A stretch of DNA of 64,000 nucleotides, from IMG/VR virus record IMGVR_UViG_3300031867_000012; one strand, written 5' to 3'. Position 1 is the first letter of the stretch, and each line of letters begins with the position of its first letter. The position numbers were made by a program, and so were the translations under genes. This document shows, one piece after another, positions 9,501-19,978 of the stretch. The DNA comes from an uncultured virus (IMG/VR IMGVR_UViG_3300031867_000012) (Duplodnaviria > Heunggongvirae > Uroviricota > Caudoviricetes). The notes below the pieces were generated by a model, which saw nothing but the letters and a program-made list of their open reading frames with translations, searched no databases and was not told the origin of the DNA.

Positions 9501-10973
9501 CTTTAAAATAGTACCAATATTAACATAATAATTTAATTCATTATTATTGATTTTTTGGGTTACATATTCATCAATCCTAATATCTTGGCCATTATTTTGG
9601 ATATATTTAGATGTATCTATTATATATTGGCTATCAAATTCATTATCTTCTTCATCTTGATCTATTATGCCATAAATAAATGAATATAACTTTGATTTTA
9701 TATTATTATCTACATTATTTATAGCAATACCATTATCACTAATATCATAATCATTTATTGTTAATAACTCATAATTATTAATATCATCAGAATTATTAAT
9801 TATAAATGTATTTACTTGATAATTTATAATTTTATTTTCATTTAATATAACATCTCTAAATCCTCCTAAAGTAATAGTTTCTATAATACCGGAAGTTTCT
9901 GATGTATTCAATATATCATTTATATTTAATTCTTGATTAATATTAACATCAATATCATAATTAGTCAATTTATCTTGTTGGAATAATAATGTTTCTGATT
10001 TATCATTATCTATTTCAAATATTAATGATATTTCTTGTTTATAGTTTTCGTTATTTTCAACAAAATAATTTGGTAAGAATATTATAGAAATGTTATTTAA
10101 TGTATGTTGATATAATTCATCATTATTTTCTACAGGTTCAACTATAGTATTATGATCATCATTTTCAAATTCAATACTATATATTTTATTAGAACTATCT
10201 ATAACTTGTACAGTTTCTGATTCATAATTAAATGAAAGATAATGCAAATTAAATGTTAATGATGTAGTATTATTATTATCTATTGAAACAGTATCTGTTA
10301 ATGATCCTACAGTATGAATATTATTTAAAGGAATTGAACCATTAACTGCAACAATTTCAATCCACATCTTAAGATTACTATTAAGCATAATCTTAATAGA
10401 ATCAATTTTTTGTTTAATCTTTAAGTCAACTAAATTATTAATTAAATCTAATAAATCATTATTAAGATATAATATACCATCATTATTTACAGTAATAAAT
10501 GTACTGTTATTATATTTACCAGATATTGAATCTTGTAAATTATAATTTTCTTTTAAATTTCTATTAACATCTGTTAAAGTATTACTTAATTTAACAACAC
10601 CTTTTTTATTAAATGTTGCATTACTTAAATTATTTGTATCAACACGAAGATTACCAGAACCATCTAAGTTTTCTGTTTTAATTGTTGAATTATCTATATT
10701 AATAAATGCATACCCATATTTATCTGAATAATTTAATCCATTTTTCATATATAATGGGTATGTTAATTGTAATGGTTGTGCATTAAAATCTGTTACAAAT
10801 ATTGCTGGCATATTATTATCTTCATCTTCCCCATTTTCATCTTGTGGAGAACTAATTAAAAGAGTATTAGATAATAATTTTTTTGCTTGTTTTACAATAT
10901 TTGATGGGGCATTAGTTGTAACTATACTAAAATCTTGCCCATACATCTTTTCAACATCGTATATCTTAGACAT
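6519..10973 (-). CDS. large Asn-rich putative virion/tail-fibre protein (1484 aa)
   Basis: Long ORF next to the gp15-like gene; N-terminal module with fibre-repeat-like ATFNKKGVVKL shared with neighbouring paralogs. Confidence 0.55.
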   Translation of the reverse strand: MSKIYDVEKMYGQDFSIVTTNAPSNIVKQAKKLLSNTLLISSPQDENGEDEDNNMPAIFVTDFNAQPLQLTYPLYMKNGLNYSDKYGYAFINIDNSTIKTENLDGSGNLRVDTNNLSNATFNKKGVVKLSNTLTDVNRNLKENYNLQDSISGKYNNSTFITVNNDGILYLNNDLLDLINNLVDLKIKQKIDSIKIMLNSNLKMWIEIVAVNGSIPLNNIHTVGSLTDTVSIDNNNTTSLTFNLHYLSFNYESETVQVIDSSNKIYSIEFENDDHNTIVEPVENNDELYQHTLNNISIIFLPNYFVENNENYKQEISLIFEIDNDKSETLLFQQDKLTNYDIDVNINQELNINDILNTSETSGIIETITLGGFRDVILNENKIINYQVNTFIINNSDDINNYELLTINDYDISDNGIAINNVDNNIKSKLYSFIYGIIDQDEEDNEFDSQYIIDTSKYIQNNGQDIRIDEYVTQKINNNELNYYVNIGTILKIITDKKQEIGSYYKKIQIPLNIDKRTIYGYILITGNEISNYNNNTFAKHIYYEKRANNTERIYVNSIDNLDINTINPRNLYCIYNDVNIDQEFNLYIPFISFDTYNTENKKSSKIEDSNQISFSSNTNDVNISINTDDQVHKKINIKFNNNIIDNIINILYNGFTFNINYNQQQGQSSIIKSQKVELNINMLEILIENLELGYLDDNNHWVGTKLNKTNIDNDYNSPEYYQMDNYIIKGFSNNKIKGIKFNVPNCIQKILSNVDESLLMHLYFYINTNNGSYIHHETIKFNKDSNTNNILGSIDNSNGIDPILTIDSNNLIITYSSEYLPKLLYIGFSIKANENKYCYIENDYSCNGGDISQSNNSNNYLSKQLYTISNNSQLLYDIISVTNESLEDEAITTFKQNMLKHKLNNQSNDIVVNDLDLSGLSLKFDDGSLGTDTLKFKLLINDNDEYTNANFGIKYNTNFKYQYLNNPNNDLDQYNQYSPTLINGGEQTTSTGYQIRLNNILFELKSNLNNENNDIYIKDNNDTKSIIIYYSGNLENKLYNLKNKILNKIFEFSINGYEDNNLFNKIYLENLKNDNDSVNHYLHKLIFDDWTLNNTIISDLFLNYEISYYHLNWEGISKTYNGNSDHYTEQINIVINTNSSNGPIFSDYILEPANVTYQNNDTSFTPYFKLDNSDDPPMQFNGGSENNDVYHNILNTLNDLSPNGSKYLTYKVYINDSGTYIPLKYNIKFGLFNSSANIINLEDSALFIDGSYTNPTNSNCTQLATISINEVNGTANATFYVYYDHNKIYDDINNNDIIVSSNTTEITRDDEPHQFGNPDDPYMYIKYHCNSSGQHDIKISVKGRSSNGNQYANRDYYCTLIVNKQEYSLDDFHWNNVLDDPIESINNLPTLTIPSGKTLDDISCLSYNISTGEGEEQEQEQTDQIGLSFSNNIGNINIHEDLCDGSTRRCKISVILKGDDYHVNTLREIAFNFNIQPSQNNSGE

Positions 10974-10975
10974 TA

Positions 10976-11749
10976 TTAATCAATGGTATATTTATGTTTA
11001 TCTATTGTTTGTTCATTTTGTTCTAAATTTAAATTACCTTTTAATGAGGTAATAACTTTTGAATTTTCTATTTCAGTCAATTCATTAATTATAGGATAAT
11101 AAGTATTAATTTTGATTTGCATTTCTATTGTTTTTTGGTTAGGTTCTGGTGAATCAAAATCTATCTTATTTATATTAATATTTGTTTGAACTGGGAATTC
11201 TATTGAACATTGAATTTTTTGTCCTAAATAATTTACTTGAAAATATTGTTGGAATACAAGTTTATCTATAAATTCTTGTGCTAATATAATACTTTCATTA
11301 AAATTACTTAAAACATATCTTAAGTTCATAGATATTTCCAATGGTAATCTACGTATTTGAGCATTATATCCTTTATATTCATTAGTTTTTGATGATTTAC
11401 GTTCATATGTTCCTCTTACATATGGATTAGTCAAATCAGAAATAGGTATATTAATATCATTTATCTCACATATGCATCTTGGTAATTTCATATACATTTG
11501 ATCTTCACCAGTAGTTTCAGACCAATTAAATTCATACCCATTAGATTCAATATACATAATAGCAGAACCAGTATTGAATATAAAATGATTAATAGGCTCA
11601 TTATACATTAATATAGTTCTATTTAAGAAATTTAGACAACCCTTTATAACTATACTAAAAAATCTTTCATCTCTGGTTGTTAAATCATCAAATTTCGTAA
11701 TATTCCATGGTCTTAACCATTTATCAATATTGTTATTAATTTGGCCCAT
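10976..11749 (-). CDS. tail completion/sheath stabiliser (T4 gp15-like)
   Basis: 257 aa with KLPRCICEI, and RRLPLEISMNLRY...SIILAQEFIDKLVF resembling the gp15/tail-terminator pattern. Confidence 0.55.
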   Translation of the reverse strand: MGQINNNIDKWLRPWNITKFDDLTTRDERFFSIVIKGCLNFLNRTILMYNEPINHFIFNTGSAIMYIESNGYEFNWSETTGEDQMYMKLPRCICEINDINIPISDLTNPYVRGTYERKSSKTNEYKGYNAQIRRLPLEISMNLRYVLSNFNESIILAQEFIDKLVFQQYFQVNYLGQKIQCSIEFPVQTNININKIDFDSPEPNQKTIEMQIKINTYYPIINELTEIENSKVITSLKGNLNLEQNEQTIDKHKYTID

Positions 11750-11781
11750 CCAAATATTTATTAATTTATATAAAAATAATT

Positions 11782-14352
11782 TTATATATCTTTATTTTTG
11801 AGATATACCTTACATAAAATTCTATAATTTTCTTTATTAATTGTAATATTATTCATATAATCTTCTGAATCAGTAAATATAATATACAATATATTAATTT
11901 TTGAAATATTTTGCATATATATTTGCATTTGATATATATTATTTTCTTTATCAATTAAATTAATAGATGAAATTTGACTACTATTTATAACTTTCATTTT
12001 TTCATTTAATATTTTAAAAGAAAAATACTTACTATCTTTATTTATATATGATTTAAAATTAATATTAAAATAATTACCTTTATTTGAAGGTTTTATATAA
12101 TAATCTACATATTCACAATTTTCTTTTTCATTATACATAATTATATAATCATTTGAATTAATAATACTATAATCTGGTATTCTAAATAATGGCCATATAT
12201 AATTATTATCTGTTTCTTGTTTGTTTTTTGCTTGATATAATTCTATATAATATTTATTGAATTCAAAAAGATCATTATTTGGATTAGAATCTGTATTTCT
12301 ATTATTATAAGGATTCTTCGTTAAATTAAGAGAATATTGACAAATATCATTTGAATAATTTCCTCTATAGAATTGATTTGTGAATAATCTATTTTGTGTA
12401 TTATTGGAATAAAATTTATTAATATAACGTTGATATACATCTTGATCAAAATAATTTTCTATCCCAAATAAATATATTGACATATAATCAGATAAACAAG
12501 GTGTATAGAAATCACCATTTAATAAACCTGATTTTCTATAATTAAATATATTATTAAAAAATAATTTATGTTTATCTTTTTCCATTATATATGGATTATT
12601 TACACTTTTATTATTATTTAATTTAAATTTACATAATGTACCAATATTATGTAAAACCAAAGAATTTAATAATAGTTTTTTAGTATTTAAATCAGATATA
12701 TTATTTTGATAGTTATATTTATATATTGTTTGATTTGTTTTCTTATATAATAAAGTTAAATTTTTATATTTTAATCTTTGTGGATATATTAAATCTTTAA
12801 TAACTGGATATGAATCCCCTTCATTAATATTTATATTATTAATATTATTATATTCAATATTATTAGAAGAATAATAAGACATTTTATTGAAGTTTATAAA
12901 ATTACTTTGTTGATTAAATTCGGTATAATCAATATCATTCATTGGTATAAATATATTATCTATATATTTTGAATCATAATTTAAATATATATCTTTAGAA
13001 GTTGGATAAAATTCTAAATTATTATCTATTGCTTTTAAAAGATTATCTCCTATTTGTATTTTATTTATATTAATATGTTTTAAATCTTCATTAATATATT
13101 TTGGTAACATCATTATACCTATAGCATCACCATGATTATCATAATTAAAACCATAGTTATAATCATGATATAATTTCTTAAATTGATTATTCATAACATC
13201 AATATAACAATTAAATTTATATGTGATATTTTGAATTTCAATTTCTAAATTAAATTTATAATTATTAACATTTAATTTATCTAATTTATAAACTTCTTCA
13301 TAAACGGATTTTTCAATATTAAAATATAATGATACATTACATTTTTCAGTTAATATATATGGGTGAATTTGTTCTTCATAATTATTTATAATAGATATTG
13401 GTTTATGATCATGAATAAAACTTTTTGATTTATTAAAATTAATCTTTGATTTAATATTAGTATTATTTACTTTTATTTTAATATTGTTAATTTTGACAGG
13501 ACATATAGTTTGATTAAATTTAAAATCTTTATTTATAAGTGTTTCATATTGATATTCTACAGGTAAATCAATAATAAAATAATCATCATCTTTTATAATT
13601 ATATCTAATCCTTCACTATTATAGTTCAATTTATAATTTTGATTAGATGTTATAAAATTAATTTCTTTACCATCATTATTAGTTATTAGTTCTAAATTAT
13701 TAATATTGGCTGAATCTCTATATTTTTTAGTCTCTCCAAATAAATTGACATTATCATTATATTTATATATTATATTATTAATTTTATTAACTGTATTATT
13801 AATATGATTACAATCATAATTAAATTTATTAACATTAATACTTAATCTATCATTATTTAATATTATATCGTCACCATCAATATTATATAATCCAGGTTTA
13901 TTTAATGATATATATTTTAATTGGTTTTCATTACTATAAATATATGATATTTTATTTGAATTATAAGCAAATATCGGTTGTTCATTAAATTCTTTTATAG
14001 AATTAATAGAATTATTTGTAATATTGAATGTTAATAAATTATTATTGTATGAAAATATTTTATCCGTAATTAAATTATAACTTAATATATGCATATTTTT
14101 GTTATTATCAATAAATAAAATATTATTTAATTGATAACTAAATTGGACATCATTAGTTTTAAAAATATTATATATTGTATCAATATCTTCAATATTAAAT
14201 AATAATGAATTATTTATTAAATAATTTTTATTATTTTCATAAGATAATGTATATGTTAAACTATTAAATGATAGACTTAAATCTAAATCTATATTATTAT
14301 AAGTTGTAATTTCTAAACCATCTGTTTTAATTGTATTTTCTATTTTCTTCAT
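11782..14352 (-). CDS. Asn-rich putative virion protein with degenerate DUF1566/Lcl-like motif
   Basis: Likely start MKKIEN at 14352 (track start 14367); shared N-terminal module; DAIGIMMLP and GDFYTPCLSDY. Confidence 0.5.
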   Translation of the reverse strand: MKKIENTIKTDGLEITTYNNIDLDLSLSFNSLTYTLSYENNKNYLINNSLLFNIEDIDTIYNIFKTNDVQFSYQLNNILFIDNNKNMHILSYNLITDKIFSYNNNLLTFNITNNSINSIKEFNEQPIFAYNSNKISYIYSNENQLKYISLNKPGLYNIDGDDIILNNDRLSINVNKFNYDCNHINNTVNKINNIIYKYNDNVNLFGETKKYRDSANINNLELITNNDGKEINFITSNQNYKLNYNSEGLDIIIKDDDYFIIDLPVEYQYETLINKDFKFNQTICPVKINNIKIKVNNTNIKSKINFNKSKSFIHDHKPISIINNYEEQIHPYILTEKCNVSLYFNIEKSVYEEVYKLDKLNVNNYKFNLEIEIQNITYKFNCYIDVMNNQFKKLYHDYNYGFNYDNHGDAIGIMMLPKYINEDLKHININKIQIGDNLLKAIDNNLEFYPTSKDIYLNYDSKYIDNIFIPMNDIDYTEFNQQSNFINFNKMSYYSSNNIEYNNINNININEGDSYPVIKDLIYPQRLKYKNLTLLYKKTNQTIYKYNYQNNISDLNTKKLLLNSLVLHNIGTLCKFKLNNNKSVNNPYIMEKDKHKLFFNNIFNYRKSGLLNGDFYTPCLSDYMSIYLFGIENYFDQDVYQRYINKFYSNNTQNRLFTNQFYRGNYSNDICQYSLNLTKNPYNNRNTDSNPNNDLFEFNKYYIELYQAKNKQETDNNYIWPLFRIPDYSIINSNDYIIMYNEKENCEYVDYYIKPSNKGNYFNINFKSYINKDSKYFSFKILNEKMKVINSSQISSINLIDKENNIYQMQIYMQNISKINILYIIFTDSEDYMNNITINKENYRILCKVYLKNKDI

Positions 14353-14357
14353 ATAAT

Positions 14358-16616
14358 TTAAAAACAAATAAAATTATTTAGATATGTATATAAATATTCA
14401 TATAATGTATTTTTATCTTTTAATTCATTAAATTTATAATTACCATATAATTTTGGTTCAATAAAAAAATCATTATATACATTTAATAATAAGTTAGAAG
14501 AATTATTTACATATTGTTGAGATATATTATATCTTAGATTAATATCTGGGAATATTGAATAAAATATTAATTTATAAATTTCTCCATCTTTTTGAATTTC
14601 ATATAAATATAGTTTATCATATCCTAGTATTGATAAATCATTAATATTTGAAATACATGTATCTATTTCTTCTTTGATAGGATAATTATCATCATATATT
14701 TTTGAACTAAAGAATTTTTCATTAAGATATTTTGTTGGATAATTATTTAATATAGGAATATATTCCTTATTTAAATTATTTTCATTATATATTTCATTAT
14801 TATCAATATATAATGGGGCAATATAATAATAATGTAAATTTGGGTTTTTTGTGATTATATTTCTTGAATAAAGTTCATTAAATAAATAATCATTAATTTT
14901 TATTTTACATTTTACACATACACATCCTTCTGTTTGAATATCAGGTTTTCCAAATTTATATATCCTAATTAGTGATGGTGATTTTATTGTAATATTTCCA
15001 CGAGAACCATAATATATTCGATTACAATCACTAATTATTAAATCATCAGTATAAAATAAATTTTTAGTAGAAAGTAAAAAATATGAATTTTCTGAGGTAT
15101 TAAATGATTCATTAAGACATGATATATTGGTATAACTATGATTAAAAACTTTATTATTTATTGATCTTATACTTAATTCATGTTTTTGAGGAATAACAAA
15201 AGTTTGATTTTCTATATAACTATAATAACTAATAATATTATGTTCATCAACAGTTTTTTCAATTTTTTTAATTTTTTCATCTAATAATAAATACGGAGAA
15301 CCTTGATAAATGACATTTAAACCTGAATTATTAAATATTGTTTTATCAATACCAGATGATATATTTATATGATATGATGTATTTACTGGATATTTAATAA
15401 TATTTTGTTTATCAATTTGTTTAATTATATTTTGTGATTGATTTTCAGATATATAACTTCCAATATAATTACTTTTAATATTTTCTACATAATATTTATA
15501 AACATAATTATATGAAATTTTTGTATTAATATTATTTTCATTAACAATTAATGATGTATTATTATTTCTAAAAAAATCCATATTATATGAATTTATATAT
15601 GCATGTTCATAATTATTCTTAATATTATATAAATATCCAATTTTTAGTTCAATATTATCTAAATCATTAATATATAATACTTCTTCGTTATCAATTTCTA
15701 ATAGATTAATCCCTAATGATTTATCTGTATAATATAATTTTGTATTTTCAAATGAAACAGATGATATATAAGCATAACTAATATAATTATTGGGATCTAT
15801 ACAATAATATGTTGAGTCTATATAATTTGTATTTATATAATTATCATTAGTTATATAATCATTATTATATTCATCTATATTTATATAATATGATAATGTA
15901 TTATATATATTTTCACAATCATAATAAATATTCTTTAATTTATTAAGAGATACAAATAAATCGTATTTAAAATTCTTATTAAGACCTAATATAGCATGAT
16001 TTCCTTCATAATAATTATTTTCTAAATTTTTAACATTAAAGAAATTTGGATTAATTAAATTAATACCTTTATTTTTTTGTGAAGCATCTTTAATTTTATT
16101 AAAATTATAATATAATGTATTATTTAATGAGCAAATATATTCATTATCGATATTAAAATATAACATATGATTATCATAATTAAACCCATTAATTTGATTA
16201 ATAGTATATGACATTAAATTTATTTTATTATATTCAATGAAATAAAGTGAATTATATGTAATATCTACTAATAACGAATTAATTTGAGATACCTTATCAT
16301 AATCATAATATTCTGCACTTTGTCTTCCGTTTTTATAATTATTATAACGTTTTATATTTTCAATTATTTGATCATTTGTAATAGATAATTTTGTAGGATT
16401 AATTCCATATTGTGATATATATAGTTTTGATAAATCAGATGTAGTATTTTTATAATTAGCATTTGTATCACCTACAGATGACACTAAATATTCAGATTTA
16501 TTTGATTTTACTTTATCAATAAAACTAAATAATTGACTATTGTTAATTACAATAGTATTTGTATTATCTAATATATCATTTAATACAGTTTGTTTTTTAT
16601 AAAAATTAATATCCAT
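14358..16616 (-). CDS. Asn-rich putative virion protein
   Basis: 752 aa; shared N-terminal module with DASQKNKGI. Confidence 0.55.
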   Translation of the reverse strand: MDINFYKKQTVLNDILDNTNTIVINNSQLFSFIDKVKSNKSEYLVSSVGDTNANYKNTTSDLSKLYISQYGINPTKLSITNDQIIENIKRYNNYKNGRQSAEYYDYDKVSQINSLLVDITYNSLYFIEYNKINLMSYTINQINGFNYDNHMLYFNIDNEYICSLNNTLYYNFNKIKDASQKNKGINLINPNFFNVKNLENNYYEGNHAILGLNKNFKYDLFVSLNKLKNIYYDCENIYNTLSYYINIDEYNNDYITNDNYINTNYIDSTYYCIDPNNYISYAYISSVSFENTKLYYTDKSLGINLLEIDNEEVLYINDLDNIELKIGYLYNIKNNYEHAYINSYNMDFFRNNNTSLIVNENNINTKISYNYVYKYYVENIKSNYIGSYISENQSQNIIKQIDKQNIIKYPVNTSYHINISSGIDKTIFNNSGLNVIYQGSPYLLLDEKIKKIEKTVDEHNIISYYSYIENQTFVIPQKHELSIRSINNKVFNHSYTNISCLNESFNTSENSYFLLSTKNLFYTDDLIISDCNRIYYGSRGNITIKSPSLIRIYKFGKPDIQTEGCVCVKCKIKINDYLFNELYSRNIITKNPNLHYYYIAPLYIDNNEIYNENNLNKEYIPILNNYPTKYLNEKFFSSKIYDDNYPIKEEIDTCISNINDLSILGYDKLYLYEIQKDGEIYKLIFYSIFPDINLRYNISQQYVNNSSNLLLNVYNDFFIEPKLYGNYKFNELKDKNTLYEYLYTYLNNFICF

Positions 16617-16632
16617 TTTATTTAAAATTATC

Positions 16633-19600
16633 TTATTTTATTAATGTATTAGTATTAATTATAACTAAATGACCAGCTTTATTTTGGTTATAATTTTTAA
16701 TATCAATGTTAATTTCATTCATTTCTTTAATATGAGAATTCTCTTGAGATATTTTATTATATAAACCAAAAATATCATCATAAGAAATATCATTATTATG
16801 ATTATATATATAATTAAGATATATTAAATTTGTAACTAATTTATATCCATCTTGATTTTCTATTTTAAGTTCATCACGTTTCATTGTATCAAATGACTTA
16901 TTTAATTCACCTAACTTATATTGTTCAAATATAATATTACTAGATGATTTATTAGTTAATTTAATACTATAGATTTTTTCATTATCATAAATATTTTTAT
17001 TTAATATTGCACTATAATTAAAATTATTAGGATAATATAATTTCAATTCTTTAGGTTTTAATTGTAATAATGCATGTTGTTTATTAACTAATGATAATGA
17101 TGGATCTGATATTAATAATGTAACAATATTGTTAGTATTATTATATAAGAATAAATAATCACTAAAAACATAATTATAATAATAAAAATCATCATTTTTA
17201 TCATCATTTTTAAATATATGAGATTTAATATATTCTATCATATCTAAACCTAAACATATACTTTGTTTAGCACCAACAATAGGAATATTTAAACTATATT
17301 TATTTAAATATACAATATTATTTACAATATTATTATTTTTTTCAAAAATAATATTATTTCGATTATACCATACTAAATTTGCAGGCTTTATACTACCTTC
17401 ATAACTATATTCAAAATAATTATAAGTATTAGGTTCTCCATTATTAGGATTACCATAAAATCCATTAAAATCCTTTAATTTATATTCTTTATATTCTCCA
17501 TGTTTTGTTAAAATTTTTTCTTCACAAGTATTATTTAATGTATTAACAATATATGTTGTTTGTTCAGTAAAATTAATGTCAGAAAATATTAAATCATTAT
17601 ATATGCCAAAATTATCTATTGTACGATTTATTCTAATAATTGGTTTAAAATAAGTACGATCTTCTTCATTCATTTTATATTCTTCATTAGCTTCTTTTTT
17701 GTAAACACTATCATTAGATAAAATACTACAAAAATATGAATTAATTGTAAATAAATGGTAATTATTTAAATTAGGTTTAAATTCATTTTCAATATAATAA
17801 CAATAAATAGATTCTTCTCCTTCAGTAAATTTTATTTCTTGTTTGTTTATATTACAATTAATATCATTATCAATTAATCTATCTACTCTTAATCCACGAT
17901 TTTCAACAGTATCATAATCATTAATTCTAATATTTTTACTAATATGATTAATCATATATGACATATCATACATAATATTAAAATATGAATATGCTAAATC
18001 TTTGAAAGTATTATATTTATTTTGTAATAAATATGTTGTTTTTGTTCTATAACCATCATATGTTATATAACATGAATAAGTATGATTATCTTGATCCATA
18101 TATTCTACATAAAATCTATTATTTGATTTATAATAAGTTCCATCAAATAATTTACCAAACCTATCAGAATATGTATATGTATATGATGTTGCATAATTTA
18201 CTGCTTCTCCATTTACAATATAATAGGTATAATTTCCTTTTATTGGTCCTTTCCAATTCGAATTAAGTTTATTCCAATTATTTATACGCCACCAATAATA
18301 TGGATCTTTTGCTACATAAAAATTATCAATATTAAAATATGTTGTTTTTTGATTATTCAATAATCCTGACCAAGTCAATGAATAAATACTATAGAAATAT
18401 TTCTTAGTAATTGTTTGATTTTTATATTTACAACTAAATATTAATACATTATCAGTTGGAACATCTTCTTTAAAATATAATTCTACACAATATATATCAA
18501 AGCTTTTAATTGATTGATACTTTGAAATTTGTATATTACAATCTATTGTATTATTCATTTTACAATCAAAATTACTACATGATATAGGTATAGTAACATA
18601 TAATAAAACTTCTGCTTTATTCTTTTTGAAATTATAATTATTTTCACCGGATCCATATATAGGCATTAATACCATGTGATTATCATATATTGGTACATTA
18701 TATATTAAATATTGTTTCCAGAAATCATCAGTTTTTGTACATATAGAATTATTAGATGTATCTAAATATGATGGTAATGTAATACCGTTATTTGAATGTA
18801 TATCTTGTTTACAATCTATATTATTCTCTATATCATAATAGGAATATAGTGTTGTAGTTGTTGATTGTTTTATCTCTATATTATAATTATTAATATTATA
18901 AGTATAAAATGATAAATAATCATTATGCAAATCGGTAAAATTATCTCCCTTAGAAATATAATCTTCAATTTCCGGGAATAAAATATTAAAGAAATATTTT
19001 GAATTAAATGGGTGTTCAAACCAATTAGAAGGATTAAAGTCTGATGCTTTATTATCATCTAAAATATCAGGTACTTTAAAATTATGAATTGGTGTATTTG
19101 GTTCACAATATCTTTCACCTACCATTTGTGATTCAAATGTTAAAATACTATTAATAACAACATCTTCAATTTCTTCATTCAAATTAATTACCATATTATT
19201 ATTTTCAAATTTATAAAATGGTATAACTGTAAATTTATTAGATATTGGTTTATATGTAATTTCAGCATCTTTATTATTAAAGCACCAAACATTATTCAAA
19301 TTATTTGTAATATGATAATTATCATTGTTTATTGGAGTAGATGAATATAATGAAGAACTAGCAATAATAGCATCATAAGGTATTTTATAATCAGAATATT
19401 CTTCTCCTAATGCATCAATACTATCATTGATTATTTGGATATTTTCCATAGAAATACCTAATTCACCAATAGATGGTAAATAATAATCATCAGAGATATT
19501 ATTTACAATATTTTTTTTATTCAATTTAAGATATGTTGTATTATCTGCACCAGTCAAATAACCGGTAGCATAATATTCATCACAATACTTATTATTAATT

Positions 19601-19977
19601 AATTCATTATAAAGTGGGTTTGGTATGATATTTATCAAATTATAAGCATAAGAATAAGAAACATAAATTTTTGAATTAAATGTTAATTTACCTTTTGATA
19701 TTAAATCATTTAAATTTATTTCAGGTAATTTTTCATTTTCATTAATGACTTCAATATTATTTTGAACAACTTCAATAGCATTATTCTTTTTTTCTAATTT
19801 TTCTGATATTACTATATTAGAGACATATGATGTATAAGTAGAAACATTTGATATAGAAGATGAATTAGAATTTTTTTCTAAAGTTCCTCCTACACTAGTT
19901 CCTTCAGTAATATGAATATCATCTACTTCTTCAATTGTTTTAAATTTTGCTATCTTAGAATCGTTATATAATGCCAT
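16633..19977 (-). CDS. large putative virion protein with DUF1566/Lcl-C (C-type-lectin-fold)-like region
   Basis: DYYLPSIGELG...IIASSSLYS...VWCF resembles the WYLPSxxEL/YWSSxE pattern. Confidence 0.55.
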   Translation of the reverse strand: MALYNDSKIAKFKTIEEVDDIHITEGTSVGGTLEKNSNSSSISNVSTYTSYVSNIVISEKLEKKNNAIEVVQNNIEVINENEKLPEINLNDLISKGKLTFNSKIYVSYSYAYNLINIIPNPLYNELINNKYCDEYYATGYLTGADNTTYLKLNKKNIVNNISDDYYLPSIGELGISMENIQIINDSIDALGEEYSDYKIPYDAIIASSSLYSSTPINNDNYHITNNLNNVWCFNNKDAEITYKPISNKFTVIPFYKFENNNMVINLNEEIEDVVINSILTFESQMVGERYCEPNTPIHNFKVPDILDDNKASDFNPSNWFEHPFNSKYFFNILFPEIEDYISKGDNFTDLHNDYLSFYTYNINNYNIEIKQSTTTTLYSYYDIENNIDCKQDIHSNNGITLPSYLDTSNNSICTKTDDFWKQYLIYNVPIYDNHMVLMPIYGSGENNYNFKKNKAEVLLYVTIPISCSNFDCKMNNTIDCNIQISKYQSIKSFDIYCVELYFKEDVPTDNVLIFSCKYKNQTITKKYFYSIYSLTWSGLLNNQKTTYFNIDNFYVAKDPYYWWRINNWNKLNSNWKGPIKGNYTYYIVNGEAVNYATSYTYTYSDRFGKLFDGTYYKSNNRFYVEYMDQDNHTYSCYITYDGYRTKTTYLLQNKYNTFKDLAYSYFNIMYDMSYMINHISKNIRINDYDTVENRGLRVDRLIDNDINCNINKQEIKFTEGEESIYCYYIENEFKPNLNNYHLFTINSYFCSILSNDSVYKKEANEEYKMNEEDRTYFKPIIRINRTIDNFGIYNDLIFSDINFTEQTTYIVNTLNNTCEEKILTKHGEYKEYKLKDFNGFYGNPNNGEPNTYNYFEYSYEGSIKPANLVWYNRNNIIFEKNNNIVNNIVYLNKYSLNIPIVGAKQSICLGLDMIEYIKSHIFKNDDKNDDFYYYNYVFSDYLFLYNNTNNIVTLLISDPSLSLVNKQHALLQLKPKELKLYYPNNFNYSAILNKNIYDNEKIYSIKLTNKSSSNIIFEQYKLGELNKSFDTMKRDELKIENQDGYKLVTNLIYLNYIYNHNNDISYDDIFGLYNKISQENSHIKEMNEINIDIKNYNQNKAGHLVIINTNTLIK

Positions 19978-19978
19978 C

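Noticed and set aside
16633..19977. Diversity-generating retroelement acting on the DUF1566-like region
   Set aside because: No reverse transcriptase and no template/variable repeat pair seen in the window; the domain is not at the C-terminus
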